Assembly (NCBI GenBank): GCA_945901615.1
Contig: CAMDLI010000002.1
Location: forward strand, 7-64,006
DNA length: 64,000 nucleotides
DNA from: Spirosoma fluviale
Lineage (GTDB): Bacteria > Bacteroidota > Bacteroidia > Cytophagales > Cyclobacteriaceae
Direction: 5' to 3'
The first letter of the stretch is position 1. Each line of letters begins with the position of its first letter. The notes under the pieces are model-generated. The model saw only the letters and a list, made by a program, of their open reading frames with translations. It searched no databases and was not told the DNA's origin. Position numbers and translations under genes: made by a program. Below, in pieces: positions 28,661 to 38,614 of this stretch.

Positions 28661-29800
28661 ATGGCAGGCCTCTACATCCATATTCCTTTTTGCAAGCAAG
28701 CCTGCCATTATTGCGACTTTCATTTTTCCACCAATCTCCAATTGATGGAGCTAATGATGGATTCAATCCTCCTAGAGCTTCAACTTCGAAAGGAGTATTT
28801 GAAAGGGGAAGCGGTGGATACCATCTACTTTGGAGGTGGGACACCTTCTCTTGTACCTGCCGAATACTTGGAGAAAATCCTAGAACAGATTTCAGCCCTT
28901 TTTCCTGGGAGCAAACAAGAAGTCACCTTAGAAGCCAACCCAGATGACCTAAATCCCCAAGCCTTGGCCACCTGGAAATCCCTCGGCATCGATCGACTAA
29001 GTTTGGGTATTCAAAGTTTTCAAGATCAAATCCTCAAAGCCTACAACCGAGCCCATAATTCGAAGGAGGCAACGCAAGCGATTCAACTTGCAAGAGCTGC
29101 TGGGTTTGAAAAATTTTCGATTGATTTGATTTATGGATACCCCCATTCAGACCATCGCCTTTGGCAATTGGACTTGGAGGAGGCACTTCGCCTTGACCCT
29201 AGTCACCTTTCTGCCTATTCATTGACCATCGAACCCAAAACTACTTTTGGCAACTGGACCAAGAAAGGAAAGTTTAGCCCTGCAGAAGATGAATTTGTGG
29301 CTCAACAATTTGAGTACCTGCAAGAGCAATGCGACAAGGCAGGCTACCTCCAGTATGAAATATCCAATTTTAGTCGCCCAAATCAAGCCGCAGTTCACAA
29401 CAGCAACTATTGGAAACGCAGCCCCTACCTCGGCATCGGACCCAGTGCACATTCCTTTGATGGAAGTTCAAGAGGCTTTAATCCCTCTTCCAATACGAGC
29501 TACACCAAAGCGCTGGCAGCTGGATCGCTCCCTTTTGTACTCGAGGAGCTGACACCCGAAGAATGCATCAATGAAGAAATTCTGACTGGCCTTCGAACCT
29601 CTTGGGGATTAGATACTGGAAGTTTGGCAGAGCGGTATCACCTGGATATTTTGGAGATAAAAAAGGGTTCGATCACGAAATTAACCGAACTTGGAATGAT
29701 TCATACCGAGGCAAAAACGCTAACTTTAACCCGCAAAGGTCAGCTGCTGGCAGACAGCATTGCCTCCGATATTTTTATAGATTCCGATGACCTCTCCTAG
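28661..29800 (+). CDS. hemW: Radical SAM heme chaperone HemW
   Basis: LYIHIPFCKQACHYCDF, YFGGGTPS, YEISNF, HNSNYW (HNxxYW). Confidence 0.93.
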   Translation: MAGLYIHIPFCKQACHYCDFHFSTNLQLMELMMDSILLELQLRKEYLKGEAVDTIYFGGGTPSLVPAEYLEKILEQISALFPGSKQEVTLEANPDDLNPQALATWKSLGIDRLSLGIQSFQDQILKAYNRAHNSKEATQAIQLARAAGFEKFSIDLIYGYPHSDHRLWQLDLEEALRLDPSHLSAYSLTIEPKTTFGNWTKKGKFSPAEDEFVAQQFEYLQEQCDKAGYLQYEISNFSRPNQAAVHNSNYWKRSPYLGIGPSAHSFDGSSRGFNPSSNTSYTKALAAGSLPFVLEELTPEECINEEILTGLRTSWGLDTGSLAERYHLDILEIKKGSITKLTELGMIHTEAKTLTLTRKGQLLADSIASDIFIDSDDLS

Positions 29801-30086
29801 AAAAAAAGATGCTACCCCCTTGGCCGACGCTTTCCAAGACCTACTGAAAGCCTATCGCCTGGAAGATACCTACCAGGAGAAATTGCTGATTTCGTCCTGG
29901 CCCACCTTGGTTGGCAAAACTATCGCCGACCGCACGAGCAATGTGTACATCAAGGACAAAAAGTTAATGGTTAAAATCACTTCTGGTCCAGTAAAAAAGG
30001 AGCTTCAACTCAATAAATCAAAAGTGATTGCCTTAATCGAATCCCAAATCGGAAAGGGGATCGTAGATGATGTCATCTTCTTGTAA
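29787..30086 (+). CDS. DUF721 / DciA family protein
   Basis: W..LVG..IA..T.......KKL.V..TS...K.EL pattern; 99 aa. Confidence 0.8.
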   Translation: MTSPRKKDATPLADAFQDLLKAYRLEDTYQEKLLISSWPTLVGKTIADRTSNVYIKDKKLMVKITSGPVKKELQLNKSKVIALIESQIGKGIVDDVIFL

Positions 30087-30179
30087 AATTTTTGTAATAT
30101 TTAACAGTTCTCCCTCATTTCGAACCCCTTTAAATACCTTTGCATTGGTTGACATTCCCTATTTTTGGAAGGTAAATCC

Positions 30180-32234
30180 ATGATCAAAAATAGCGCACTT
30201 CCTCTTGGCAGAATCAGCCTTTTTTTAGCCATTTTAGTTTGGCTGGCCTTGTTGCTGGTGGACTTGGTTCGGATTTTTGGGATGATCAATAACCTCGACT
30301 CAGGTGTCTCCGAGGAAGTTACCTGGATCTTAGAAATTCTTTTTTTCATTTTCATTTACCTCGTTTACCGCCGCATATTTTGGAAAAACAAGCAATCGGA
30401 TTTTTTAACCCTAATCTGGAGAGGAGTCTCCACCGGACTTTTTGCGGCTTCTGCTGGACTGCTTACCGAAGTAATTTACTTGGCGCTTGGGGAGAGTAAA
30501 ATTGGAACAGACCCCTTCTTACGGAATGTTTTCTACCACATAAATTTTGCCCTGACAAGTGCTTTTTTAATTTTCACCACCTTGCTGTGGAAGCATTTAA
30601 TCCTCTATCAAAAAAATAAGCAGGTAGTCAACCAATGGCAAGTGTTTGAACTTTCCATGTTGGGAGCCTTATTTTTTGTGTTCTTCAACCACAACAATCT
30701 AGACTACAGCTTCCTGTTTGGACTCACCATTCTGTTGGTCATTTCCATCCTACTTGCGGTCAACCTGAAATGGATCCCCTACCTAAATTTTAAAGAGAAA
30801 TGGAAAACATTACTATTTCTCTTTCTAATCATGGGCTGTGCTGGAGTCTTATTTTACCGGGTACTCGACTCCGGAAATGAAGGGAATTTGCAGATTAACC
30901 TGACAGACAACCTGTTCCTCATGGCCTTGTTTGGCTTTGTATTCGTCTACGGTCTGTTTAGCTTTTTGGTCACCTTATTCAACTTGCCTACCTCTTCAGT
31001 TTTTGAACAGAAACTCACCGAGGCAATAAATTTCCAAAAGTTAAGTCAGTCCATACAGCCCGAAGAAAGCGAAGAACAAGTACTTGATATCTTGCTTGAC
31101 TCCTGCATAAGCGCCTCGTTTTCCGATTCAGCGTGGATTGAGCTCAACCCCAAAGAATCCTTTCAAGTCAAAAATCCACTCCGATTTTTGGATGAATCCA
31201 CCAAAACAGAAATTCGCTCCCTCCTCCCGCAAGAAACTCAAAGTTGGGTACCTGCAAGTATGGCAGAAGCACCTCAAGCGCAGGCCATCCGAATTGCCCA
31301 TGCCAACTATAAGTCTGCTTTGGTGGTCCATTTACTGGTCAATAAATCTATTCTAGCACGGATTGTCCTAATCAAGGAGGTGAAGGAAGGGTTCAACAAG
31401 GAGATGATCGGCATTATTGGCACCTTTGCGAGACAGGCCTGTATTTCTGTTGAAAACCACCGATTACTCAACCAAGCCATAGAAAATGAGCGGTACCAAG
31501 AGGAGTTGAAAATTGCCCAGCGGGTTCAAAAGGCACTTTTACCCCTGAAACTTGACCATCCCGCCTCCTTCGATATCTGTGCCTATTCCAACACAGCAGA
31601 TGAAGTTGGGGGAGATTATTACGACACCTACCAGGTGGATGAAACTCATTTTGTACTCATCATGGGAGACGTGTCTGGGAAAGGAACCTCAGCAGCTTTT
31701 CATATGGCACAAATGAAAGGGGTATTCCAAAGCTTAATTCAACTTGGAATTCATCCTGCGGAGTTTATGAATAAAGCAAATGCTGCCCTGAGTAAATGCT
31801 TGGAGCGAAACCACTTTATAACAGCTTCTATCTTTGAAATTGATACTGTAAACAACAGTTTTTGCCATGCGCGAGCCGGGCATATTCCTACCTTATGGTA
31901 CAAGGCCGATAAGAAAGGGGCTGATTTTATTTCAATAGAAGGCCTTGGTTTGGGGATTGTCAGAAACCCAAGCTACAAAAACCACGTACAGGAAGAAACA
32001 TTTGAATACCGTTCGGGAGATATCTTAGTGCTCCTTACAGATGGAATACTAGAAGGCAGAAAAGAGACAGGCGAACAATTTGGCTATGACCGAATTAAAA
32101 AAATAGTAGAAGAGCATCATCAAAAATCACCCATTCAACTACAGCAGGAAATCATCGATTCACTCCATCAATTTGTGGGTGGTGATGGAATGATTGACGA
32201 TGATTATTCCTTAATGGTAGTCAAATTCAAGTAA
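30180..32234 (+). CDS. Membrane-anchored PP2C/SpoIIE (RsbU-like) serine phosphatase
   Basis: ~8 TM segments, GAF-like linker, EELKIA..VQ, VGGDYYD, GDVSGKG, RAGH, LTDG, DDYS. Confidence 0.9.
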   Translation: MIKNSALPLGRISLFLAILVWLALLLVDLVRIFGMINNLDSGVSEEVTWILEILFFIFIYLVYRRIFWKNKQSDFLTLIWRGVSTGLFAASAGLLTEVIYLALGESKIGTDPFLRNVFYHINFALTSAFLIFTTLLWKHLILYQKNKQVVNQWQVFELSMLGALFFVFFNHNNLDYSFLFGLTILLVISILLAVNLKWIPYLNFKEKWKTLLFLFLIMGCAGVLFYRVLDSGNEGNLQINLTDNLFLMALFGFVFVYGLFSFLVTLFNLPTSSVFEQKLTEAINFQKLSQSIQPEESEEQVLDILLDSCISASFSDSAWIELNPKESFQVKNPLRFLDESTKTEIRSLLPQETQSWVPASMAEAPQAQAIRIAHANYKSALVVHLLVNKSILARIVLIKEVKEGFNKEMIGIIGTFARQACISVENHRLLNQAIENERYQEELKIAQRVQKALLPLKLDHPASFDICAYSNTADEVGGDYYDTYQVDETHFVLIMGDVSGKGTSAAFHMAQMKGVFQSLIQLGIHPAEFMNKANAALSKCLERNHFITASIFEIDTVNNSFCHARAGHIPTLWYKADKKGADFISIEGLGLGIVRNPSYKNHVQEETFEYRSGDILVLLTDGILEGRKETGEQFGYDRIKKIVEEHHQKSPIQLQQEIIDSLHQFVGGDGMIDDDYSLMVVKFK

Positions 32235-32255
32235 ACTGATTAAACTAGCTTAAGC

Positions 32256-32600
32256 ATGCTGCAACTCGAAAGAATAAAAGAAGGAAATAAAGACATTTTA
32301 CGCTTGATTGGAGAGGTGGATGCAAGCAATTCGGTCCTACTGGACCAATCTATGCAGGAGATCTTACAACAAGGCGCTACCTTTCTTTTGATTGATGGAA
32401 ATCAATTGGGGTATATTTCTTCTGCCGGCTTAGGTGTTTTCATGTCCTATTTGGATGATTTTTCAGAACAAGGAATTCGATTTGCGATTTTTGGGCTGAA
32501 TGATCAGGTGACTGAAGTTTTTAAAATTCTGGGCCTAGATCGCTTGATCCAGATAGTTCCAGACAAATCCACTGCAATTACCCTTGGGAATGAGCCATAA
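32256..32600 (+). CDS. STAS-domain anti-sigma-factor antagonist (RsbV/SpoIIAA-like)
   Basis: GEVDAS, YISSAGLGVF, VFKILGLD. Confidence 0.9.
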   Translation: MLQLERIKEGNKDILRLIGEVDASNSVLLDQSMQEILQQGATFLLIDGNQLGYISSAGLGVFMSYLDDFSEQGIRFAIFGLNDQVTEVFKILGLDRLIQIVPDKSTAITLGNEP

Positions 32601-33015
32601 ATTAAACTTATCCTGTTGTACATCTGCCTTGGTGGAGTTGCGAAGTTTTCTACAGCTTAGCTTAAAAACCTATGGGTTTTCGGAAGTGGACAGACACCAA
32701 CTTATTTTGGCCGTGGAAGAGGTCTGTGCCAACCTGATTATTCACTCCCATGCCTGCAATCCCAAAGAACTAATTCACTTGGAAGTAAAAGAATTGAAAA
32801 AGAAGTTATCCATTGAAATCACCGACAAGGGGGACGCTTTCAACTTGTTGGAATACGAAGTCCCAGATCTCAAAAAGGTGATTGAGGAGAAACGAAAAGG
32901 TGGAATCGGGATATTCTTGGTGAAAAAAATCATGGATGAAATTGAATTTGAATCCAAAAACGGAAAAAATACCTGTAGGCTAATTAAAAATTTTCCTTCC
33001 GCGGTTGAACCCTAA
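32590..33015 (+). CDS. Anti-sigma factor / serine kinase (RsbW/SpoIIAB-like HATPase)
   Basis: LAVEEVCANLIIH N-box, ITDKG, GGIGIFLVKKIMD. Confidence 0.9.
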   Translation: MSHKLNLSCCTSALVELRSFLQLSLKTYGFSEVDRHQLILAVEEVCANLIIHSHACNPKELIHLEVKELKKKLSIEITDKGDAFNLLEYEVPDLKKVIEEKRKGGIGIFLVKKIMDEIEFESKNGKNTCRLIKNFPSAVEP

Positions 33016-33057
33016 GAAGGGGGAATGATTCCACACATTTTATCTTTATAATTTTTG

Positions 33058-33065
33058 TATCTTTG
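33058..33065 (+). promoter_or_regulatory. -7 element TATCTTTG for PPIase pair
   Basis: Exact match 24 nt upstream of ATG 33090. Confidence 0.65.
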
Positions 33066-33089
33066 AACTTTACTTTGGTCTTCCTTTCG

Positions 33090-35078
33090 ATGAATAAAAG
33101 AGCCCTTCCGGCAATCCTAGCACTTATACTGTCACTAAGTACTTCTCCTTTCTTGGCGCTAGCCCAAGAAAAGAAGGAGGTTTTGGTAGTCGTTGGTACT
33201 ATTTCGGTTGACAAGGAAGAATTTTTGCAACTCATGTCTAAAGAAAGGCAGAGTGAGAGTCCCGCCAATTCATTGACGAGAAAGGAGTTTGAAGAGAATT
33301 TTGAATCGTTTTTGACCTACAAACTAAAGGTCATCGAGGCTGAGTCCATCAAGCTTGACCAGTTGGAGGAGTTTAATCTTGAATTTTCCTCCGTAAAGGA
33401 GTCCTTAATTGCTCCTTATCTGATCAAAAATTCAATCGAAGAAGGGGAAGTAAAAAAAGTCTATGCGCGCCTCCAAGAAATTGTCAGGGCAAAACACATT
33501 TTGTTTCAATTTCCTCCAAATCCTAAAAAAGAAGACAGCCTTGCAGTACTCCAAATGGCCTTGAAAGTGAAGGCTGAACTGGAAAATGGAGCTGACTTTG
33601 GTGCATTGGCACTTAACTATTCGGATGATCCTTCGGCTAAAATGAACAAGGGTGATTTAGGCTACTTTACTGGACTTCAGATGGTTCAGCAATTTGAAGA
33701 GGCTGCCTACACCCTTCCAGTTGGCAGTATCTCAGATCCTATCTTGACAGATTTTGGCTACCATATCATCCAAGTAAGTAGCCGCCAAGCCAACCCAGGG
33801 GAAGTTCAAGTATCTCATATTTTGGTTCGGTTTGATTCAGAAAATCCAAGCCAAGAAGAAAATGCGCGAAGAAGAATTTCTGATATCTATGCGGAAATTC
33901 AAAAGGAGAACACGATTTGGGAAGAAATAGTACAAGCTTATTCTGAGGATCCTGCTACTAAATCAGCAGGAGGACTATTGCCTTGGTTTGCTGTGGGTAC
34001 AATGATCCCAGAGTTTGAAATGGCAGGCTTCTCCTTGACAGAGATTGGGGAAGTTTCTCCCCCAATCAAAACGGCATATGGGTACCATATTCTGCGCCTT
34101 GAAGGAAAAAGAGGGCTGCAGCCCTACGAGGAAGTGGAACAAAGCATCCGATCAAAAATTTTACGCAATTCCAAAACCGGAATGATCGAATCCCAGGTGA
34201 TTGCAATTCAAAAATCACGCTACGGTTTTCAAGAAAATGAGGTAGGGATTTCTACAGTAGCTGGCGCAGTGAATGCTACAGACATAATTAGCTTTGGCAC
34301 TGCCGTTCAAGAAAAAAAACTTGGGAACACAGAGCTATTTAAGGCGAATAACTCTTCCTACACGGTGAAGGACTTGGTGAATTTTATGCAATCCAAAGAG
34401 GCCACTCCAAAAGGAAATGGGACTTTCTTTGAACTCTGGTTGGATAAATTCACAGAAGCCACCTTGGCAAAAACGGAAGAAGTGGATTTGGAAAAAAACA
34501 ACAAAGATTACCAAATGCTACTGAAGGAATATCGAGATGGCATTTTACTCTTCTCATTGACCAACCAGGAAGTGTGGCAAAAAGGGTTAAATGACTCCTT
34601 AGGTCAGCAGGCCTTCTTTGAAAAAAATAGTCAAAACTACCAATGGAAAGCTAGAGTTCAGGCCTACTTGACAAAGGTAAATGATGCGTCCAAACTAGAA
34701 AATGCACGTAAATACCTCCAAAATAAGGGATTCGATACAGACAGTTTTGCTGCATTTGAAGCAGATTATCGGAACAATTATCCCGATGCCTATGCTACAG
34801 AGTCAGGAACTTTTGAATACGAAGCACATCCAATTCTTTCGAAAGTAGATTTGAATAAGCAGTACCAAGAGTTGGTGATCGATGGAACTTCTTATGTGTT
34901 GGTCGTTGGAAAAGTATATCCACCTGGGCCGAGGAAATTTGAAGAGGCCCGAGGTCTTATCATTCGAGATTACCAAGAATTTCTCAATCAGGCGCTTACC
35001 AAAAGATTAAAAGAAAAATATCCCATTCAAGTTAATGCTGGGGTTAAGGAAAAAGCCTTTGCCGCTTTGAATCAATAA
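33090..35078 (+). CDS. Periplasmic parvulin-type peptidylprolyl isomerase (two PpiC domains)
   Basis: VRAKHIL..YSDDPS..KGDLGYF..FGYHII; VSHIL..YSEDP..YGYHIL; EYRDGILLF. Confidence 0.9.
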   Translation: MNKRALPAILALILSLSTSPFLALAQEKKEVLVVVGTISVDKEEFLQLMSKERQSESPANSLTRKEFEENFESFLTYKLKVIEAESIKLDQLEEFNLEFSSVKESLIAPYLIKNSIEEGEVKKVYARLQEIVRAKHILFQFPPNPKKEDSLAVLQMALKVKAELENGADFGALALNYSDDPSAKMNKGDLGYFTGLQMVQQFEEAAYTLPVGSISDPILTDFGYHIIQVSSRQANPGEVQVSHILVRFDSENPSQEENARRRISDIYAEIQKENTIWEEIVQAYSEDPATKSAGGLLPWFAVGTMIPEFEMAGFSLTEIGEVSPPIKTAYGYHILRLEGKRGLQPYEEVEQSIRSKILRNSKTGMIESQVIAIQKSRYGFQENEVGISTVAGAVNATDIISFGTAVQEKKLGNTELFKANNSSYTVKDLVNFMQSKEATPKGNGTFFELWLDKFTEATLAKTEEVDLEKNNKDYQMLLKEYRDGILLFSLTNQEVWQKGLNDSLGQQAFFEKNSQNYQWKARVQAYLTKVNDASKLENARKYLQNKGFDTDSFAAFEADYRNNYPDAYATESGTFEYEAHPILSKVDLNKQYQELVIDGTSYVLVVGKVYPPGPRKFEEARGLIIRDYQEFLNQALTKRLKEKYPIQVNAGVKEKAFAALNQ

Positions 35079-35115
35079 TACTTCCCATTCGGATCTCCCG
35101 AAAAAGATAAAACCT

Positions 35116-36477
35116 ATGAAATTGTTAAACCGACTTATTCCGAGCCTACTTGCATTTTGGATCTTGGGACAAGCTCAAGCCCAAGAAACTGCCACTGGAC
35201 AAGTGGTGGATAAAATCATCGCGAAAGTAGACAACAATATTCTTCTGGAGTCAGAAGTTCAAAAGTCCTACCTAGAAGCACTCTCCCAAGCTCAGCAGGG
35301 AATTGAGTCGCCCACGCGATGTGCAGTATTTGAAAGCTTGCTGATCAATAAACTGATGGTAGCCAAAGCTGTGGTGGACTCCGTTCTTGTCACCGATGCC
35401 GAGGTGCTCCTAGAGGCCAACAACCGATTTGCTATGGTCATGCAACAATTCGGCGGAGATGAGTCGATGCTTGCAGAAATGTATGGAAAGACTGCCGAAC
35501 AGTTAAAGGCGGAGTTGGAAGAAGTGATGCGTGAGCAACTTATCGTGCGGAAAATGAGGAAAACGATCACGGATGGCATCACCGTTTCCCCATCCGAGGT
35601 GCGTGCATTCTACCTCAACATTCCTAAAGATTCACTTCCCCTATTTACCTCTGAGGCTACAGTAGGCCAAATCGTCAGAAAGCCCGAAACCAATCCAAAG
35701 GTTAGAGAAGAAATTATCGCGCAGCTAAAACAGTTTAAAGAGGCAATAGCAACCGGCAAGGCTACATTTGCGGAATTAGCCAAAGACAATTCGGAAGATC
35801 CTGGATCAGCGGCCCAAGGAGGAGATTTAGGGTTTTTTAGAAGAGGTGAGCTAGCTCCGGAATACGAGGCCACCGCATTGGGACTCCGACTAGGCGAGAT
35901 CTCAGACCCTATTGAAACCCAATTTGGGTTTCACATGATACAGCTCCTCGAAAATAAAGGTTCAACCTTCAATACGCGGCACATACTACGCATTCCAAAA
36001 GCCTCCGAGGAGGATATAGTAAAGGCTGAACGCTATTTAGACAGCCTTAAGAAGGAAGTATTAGCTGGTAAAATTGATTTTGCTAAAGCAGCAAAAGAAT
36101 ATTCCCAAGATAGAGCAACTTCAGATGCAGGAGGCTTTTTTACCGATCCTGCGACTACTTCCAATAGGTTATCGTTGCGCACCCTAGAAGATCCTGTACT
36201 CTATTTTACGATCGATACCATGAAGGTTGGGGACATCACTCCTCCAATTCGTTTTGAAGATCCAAGAGAAGGCACTAAGGTTCGTATTCTTTTCTACAAA
36301 GCCAGATACCCTGCACATAAGGCAAACCTCGAAGATGATTATGAGAAATTGAAGGCAGCCACCCTCCGCAGAAAAGAGGATGAGGTACTCAGCAAATGGT
36401 TTGTTACTGCCAAAGAAGATATTTTCATTGACATCGACCCCAGCTACGATCGATGCGACGCCTTGAAAGGCAAGTAA
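35116..36477 (+). CDS. surA: SurA-like periplasmic chaperone / PPIase
   Basis: VDKIIAKVD..ILLESE N-domain, SEDPGS..GGDLGF, FGFHMIQ, RHIL. Confidence 0.85.
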   Translation: MKLLNRLIPSLLAFWILGQAQAQETATGQVVDKIIAKVDNNILLESEVQKSYLEALSQAQQGIESPTRCAVFESLLINKLMVAKAVVDSVLVTDAEVLLEANNRFAMVMQQFGGDESMLAEMYGKTAEQLKAELEEVMREQLIVRKMRKTITDGITVSPSEVRAFYLNIPKDSLPLFTSEATVGQIVRKPETNPKVREEIIAQLKQFKEAIATGKATFAELAKDNSEDPGSAAQGGDLGFFRRGELAPEYEATALGLRLGEISDPIETQFGFHMIQLLENKGSTFNTRHILRIPKASEEDIVKAERYLDSLKKEVLAGKIDFAKAAKEYSQDRATSDAGGFFTDPATTSNRLSLRTLEDPVLYFTIDTMKVGDITPPIRFEDPREGTKVRILFYKARYPAHKANLEDDYEKLKAATLRRKEDEVLSKWFVTAKEDIFIDIDPSYDRCDALKGK

Positions 36478-36523
36478 TAGGATATCCGCAATCCTACCCT
36501 TGAGCAGCGTACCTGTTTTCGTT

Positions 36524-36650
36524 GCCAACAGTTGACGGTCAACAGACCACAGTCAATTCATGTCTGTTACAAAAACACGTATTTAAATTTGGATTCATAG
36601 TCCAGTCACACCACGACTCGGCTGTCGACCGTGGACCATTAGCTGTTGAC
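36524..36650. repeat. Inverted pair of degenerate heptamer arrays (consensus GTCAACA, 5 units each, 57-nt spacer)
   Basis: + strand 36524-36558 GCCAACA GTTGACG GTCAACA GACCACA GTCAATT; - strand 36650-36616 GTCAACA GCTAATG GTCCACG GTCGACA GCCGAGT. Confidence 0.8.
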
Positions 36651-36669
36651 CAAATCATTTAATTGAACT

Positions 36670-38469
36670 TCAAATTTTAATTTCTTCAACGGATTCACCG
36701 CCTTGCGTCTGCTTTTCAAAAAGTGCAGCATAAACACCTTTTTGAGTCATTAAGGAAGCATGATCGCCGCGCTCCACAATTCGTCCCTCATCCAATACAA
36801 TTATTTGATCGGCAAGCTTGGCTGAGGACACCCGGTGGGAGATGATGATGGAGGTACGGTTTTCCATGATCTTTTTGAGTGAATTCAAAATCGCATTCTC
36901 CGTCTTGGTGTCAACGGCAGATAGACAGTCGTCTAAAATCAAAATCTTGGGTTCCTTTGCTATAGCCCTTGCAATAGAAACGCGCTGCTTTTGTCCCCCA
37001 GAAAGCGTAATTCCTCGTTCACCAAGAAGGGTATCAAAGCCATTGGGGAAGTCCAAGATGTTTTGGTAAACGTCTGCATCTTTAGCTGCCTGCGTCACTA
37101 GCTCTAGATCTGGATTGTCAACTCCAAAAGAAATATTGCTTGCAATGGTGTCGGAAAAAAGAAAAACATCTTGTGGGACCACACCTATCTGACTACGAAG
37201 GCTAGCCAATGAATAGTGCTGAATGGGTTTATTGTCAACCAGAATCTCCCCTGAAGTAGCATCGTACATCCGCATCAGCAGGTTGGCAAGTGTAGATTTG
37301 CCGGAGCCTGTGGTACCAATAATCCCCAAGGTCTGGCCAGCTTCAATCGAAAAGGAAATATCCTTCAACGCATGGATCCCAGAATCTGGATAAACAAATG
37401 AAAGGTGACTCACCTGAATTGCCCCTTCCAGTGTGGCTTCAATGTTTTTCTCAGATACCAAATCGGTTTTCTGATCCAACAATTCATTGATTCTTCGTTG
37501 GGAAACCTCAGCACGCTGCACAATACTGGTCACCCAGCCTAGGGATGCCACTGGCCAAGTCAATATGTTGACATAGAGTATAAATTCGGCGATGACACCA
37601 TATCCAATCTCCCCTTGAATGACCATCATCCCTCCTACGTATACTGTGATGATGGTAGATATCCCCACCAAGGCCATAATCAATGGGAAAAACAGGGCAT
37701 TTACACGAGTCAATTCGATAGATTGATACTTGTATTCTTCACTTGCCTTGGCAAACTCCGCAGCAGAATCCTGCTCTCGAACAAAAGCCTTCAACACCCG
37801 AATCCCTGAAAATGCTTCTTGCACAAAGGTGCTGAGCTGAGAAAGGCTCTGTTGAATTTTTTCAGAACGCTGGTTGATTTGATTGTTTACATAATAAATA
37901 CTCAAAGAAAGTATCGGCAAAGGCAGGAGCGAATAAAGCGTAAGCTCCAAGTTGACCGAAATCATGTACGAAATCACCAAGGGAAATAAGATCAGCAGGT
38001 TGAGTCCATACATGATTGCTGGGCCTAGGTACATGCGCACCCGGCTTACATCTTCTGATATCCGAGCCATCAAATCTCCCGTGCTGTTTTTTCTGTAAAA
38101 ACTTAGGGGCAAAAATTGAAAATGTTCAAAAAGCTCATTTTTCATGTCATATTCAATTTTTCGCGACATGATGATGAGCGTTTGGCGAATCAAGAATAGG
38201 AAGAAGCCCCGAAGCAAGGCCATGACCAAAATCAAAATCCCAAAAATAAAGACCGATTCTAAAAAATAGTCCCGAGCCAACTCACCTATTCCACCCCTGG
38301 TGAGAGGAGCAAAAAGCGCATAACTCTCAACCACATAATCTATGGCAATTCGAACCAATTGAGCCGGAATAATTACGAAAATATTGGATATCACCGTAAA
38401 CAGTATTCCTAAAGACAATAATCCCTTGTATTTGATTAGGCATTTATTTATTCTCCAAAGTTCCTTCAC
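36670..38469 (-). CDS. ABC exporter half transporter (TMD+NBD), MdlA/YheI-like
   Basis: GTG start; STGDLMARI, GTTGSGKST, LSGGQKQR, ILILDDCLSAVD, ISHR. Confidence 0.92.
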   Translation of the reverse strand: MKELWRINKCLIKYKGLLSLGILFTVISNIFVIIPAQLVRIAIDYVVESYALFAPLTRGGIGELARDYFLESVFIFGILILVMALLRGFFLFLIRQTLIIMSRKIEYDMKNELFEHFQFLPLSFYRKNSTGDLMARISEDVSRVRMYLGPAIMYGLNLLILFPLVISYMISVNLELTLYSLLPLPILSLSIYYVNNQINQRSEKIQQSLSQLSTFVQEAFSGIRVLKAFVREQDSAAEFAKASEEYKYQSIELTRVNALFFPLIMALVGISTIITVYVGGMMVIQGEIGYGVIAEFILYVNILTWPVASLGWVTSIVQRAEVSQRRINELLDQKTDLVSEKNIEATLEGAIQVSHLSFVYPDSGIHALKDISFSIEAGQTLGIIGTTGSGKSTLANLLMRMYDATSGEILVDNKPIQHYSLASLRSQIGVVPQDVFLFSDTIASNISFGVDNPDLELVTQAAKDADVYQNILDFPNGFDTLLGERGITLSGGQKQRVSIARAIAKEPKILILDDCLSAVDTKTENAILNSLKKIMENRTSIIISHRVSSAKLADQIIVLDEGRIVERGDHASLMTQKGVYAALFEKQTQGGESVEEIKI

Positions 38470-38546
38470 AAAATAAAGTCTTAGTTTTTAATGATACTCT
38501 TGTATAAAATTTGGCTTTGGAAAATTTGTGAGCTCATAAAAGTATT

Positions 38547-38554
38547 TAATTTTG
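38547..38554 (+). promoter_or_regulatory. -7 element TAATTTTG for amino acid dehydrogenase
   Basis: Exact match with TTTG ~18 nt upstream (38525-38528). Confidence 0.65.
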
Positions 38555-38614
38555 TGGCCACACGATTTCCGAGTGCTATCCCAAATATAACACATTCTAA
38601 AAAGCTATTTTAAG

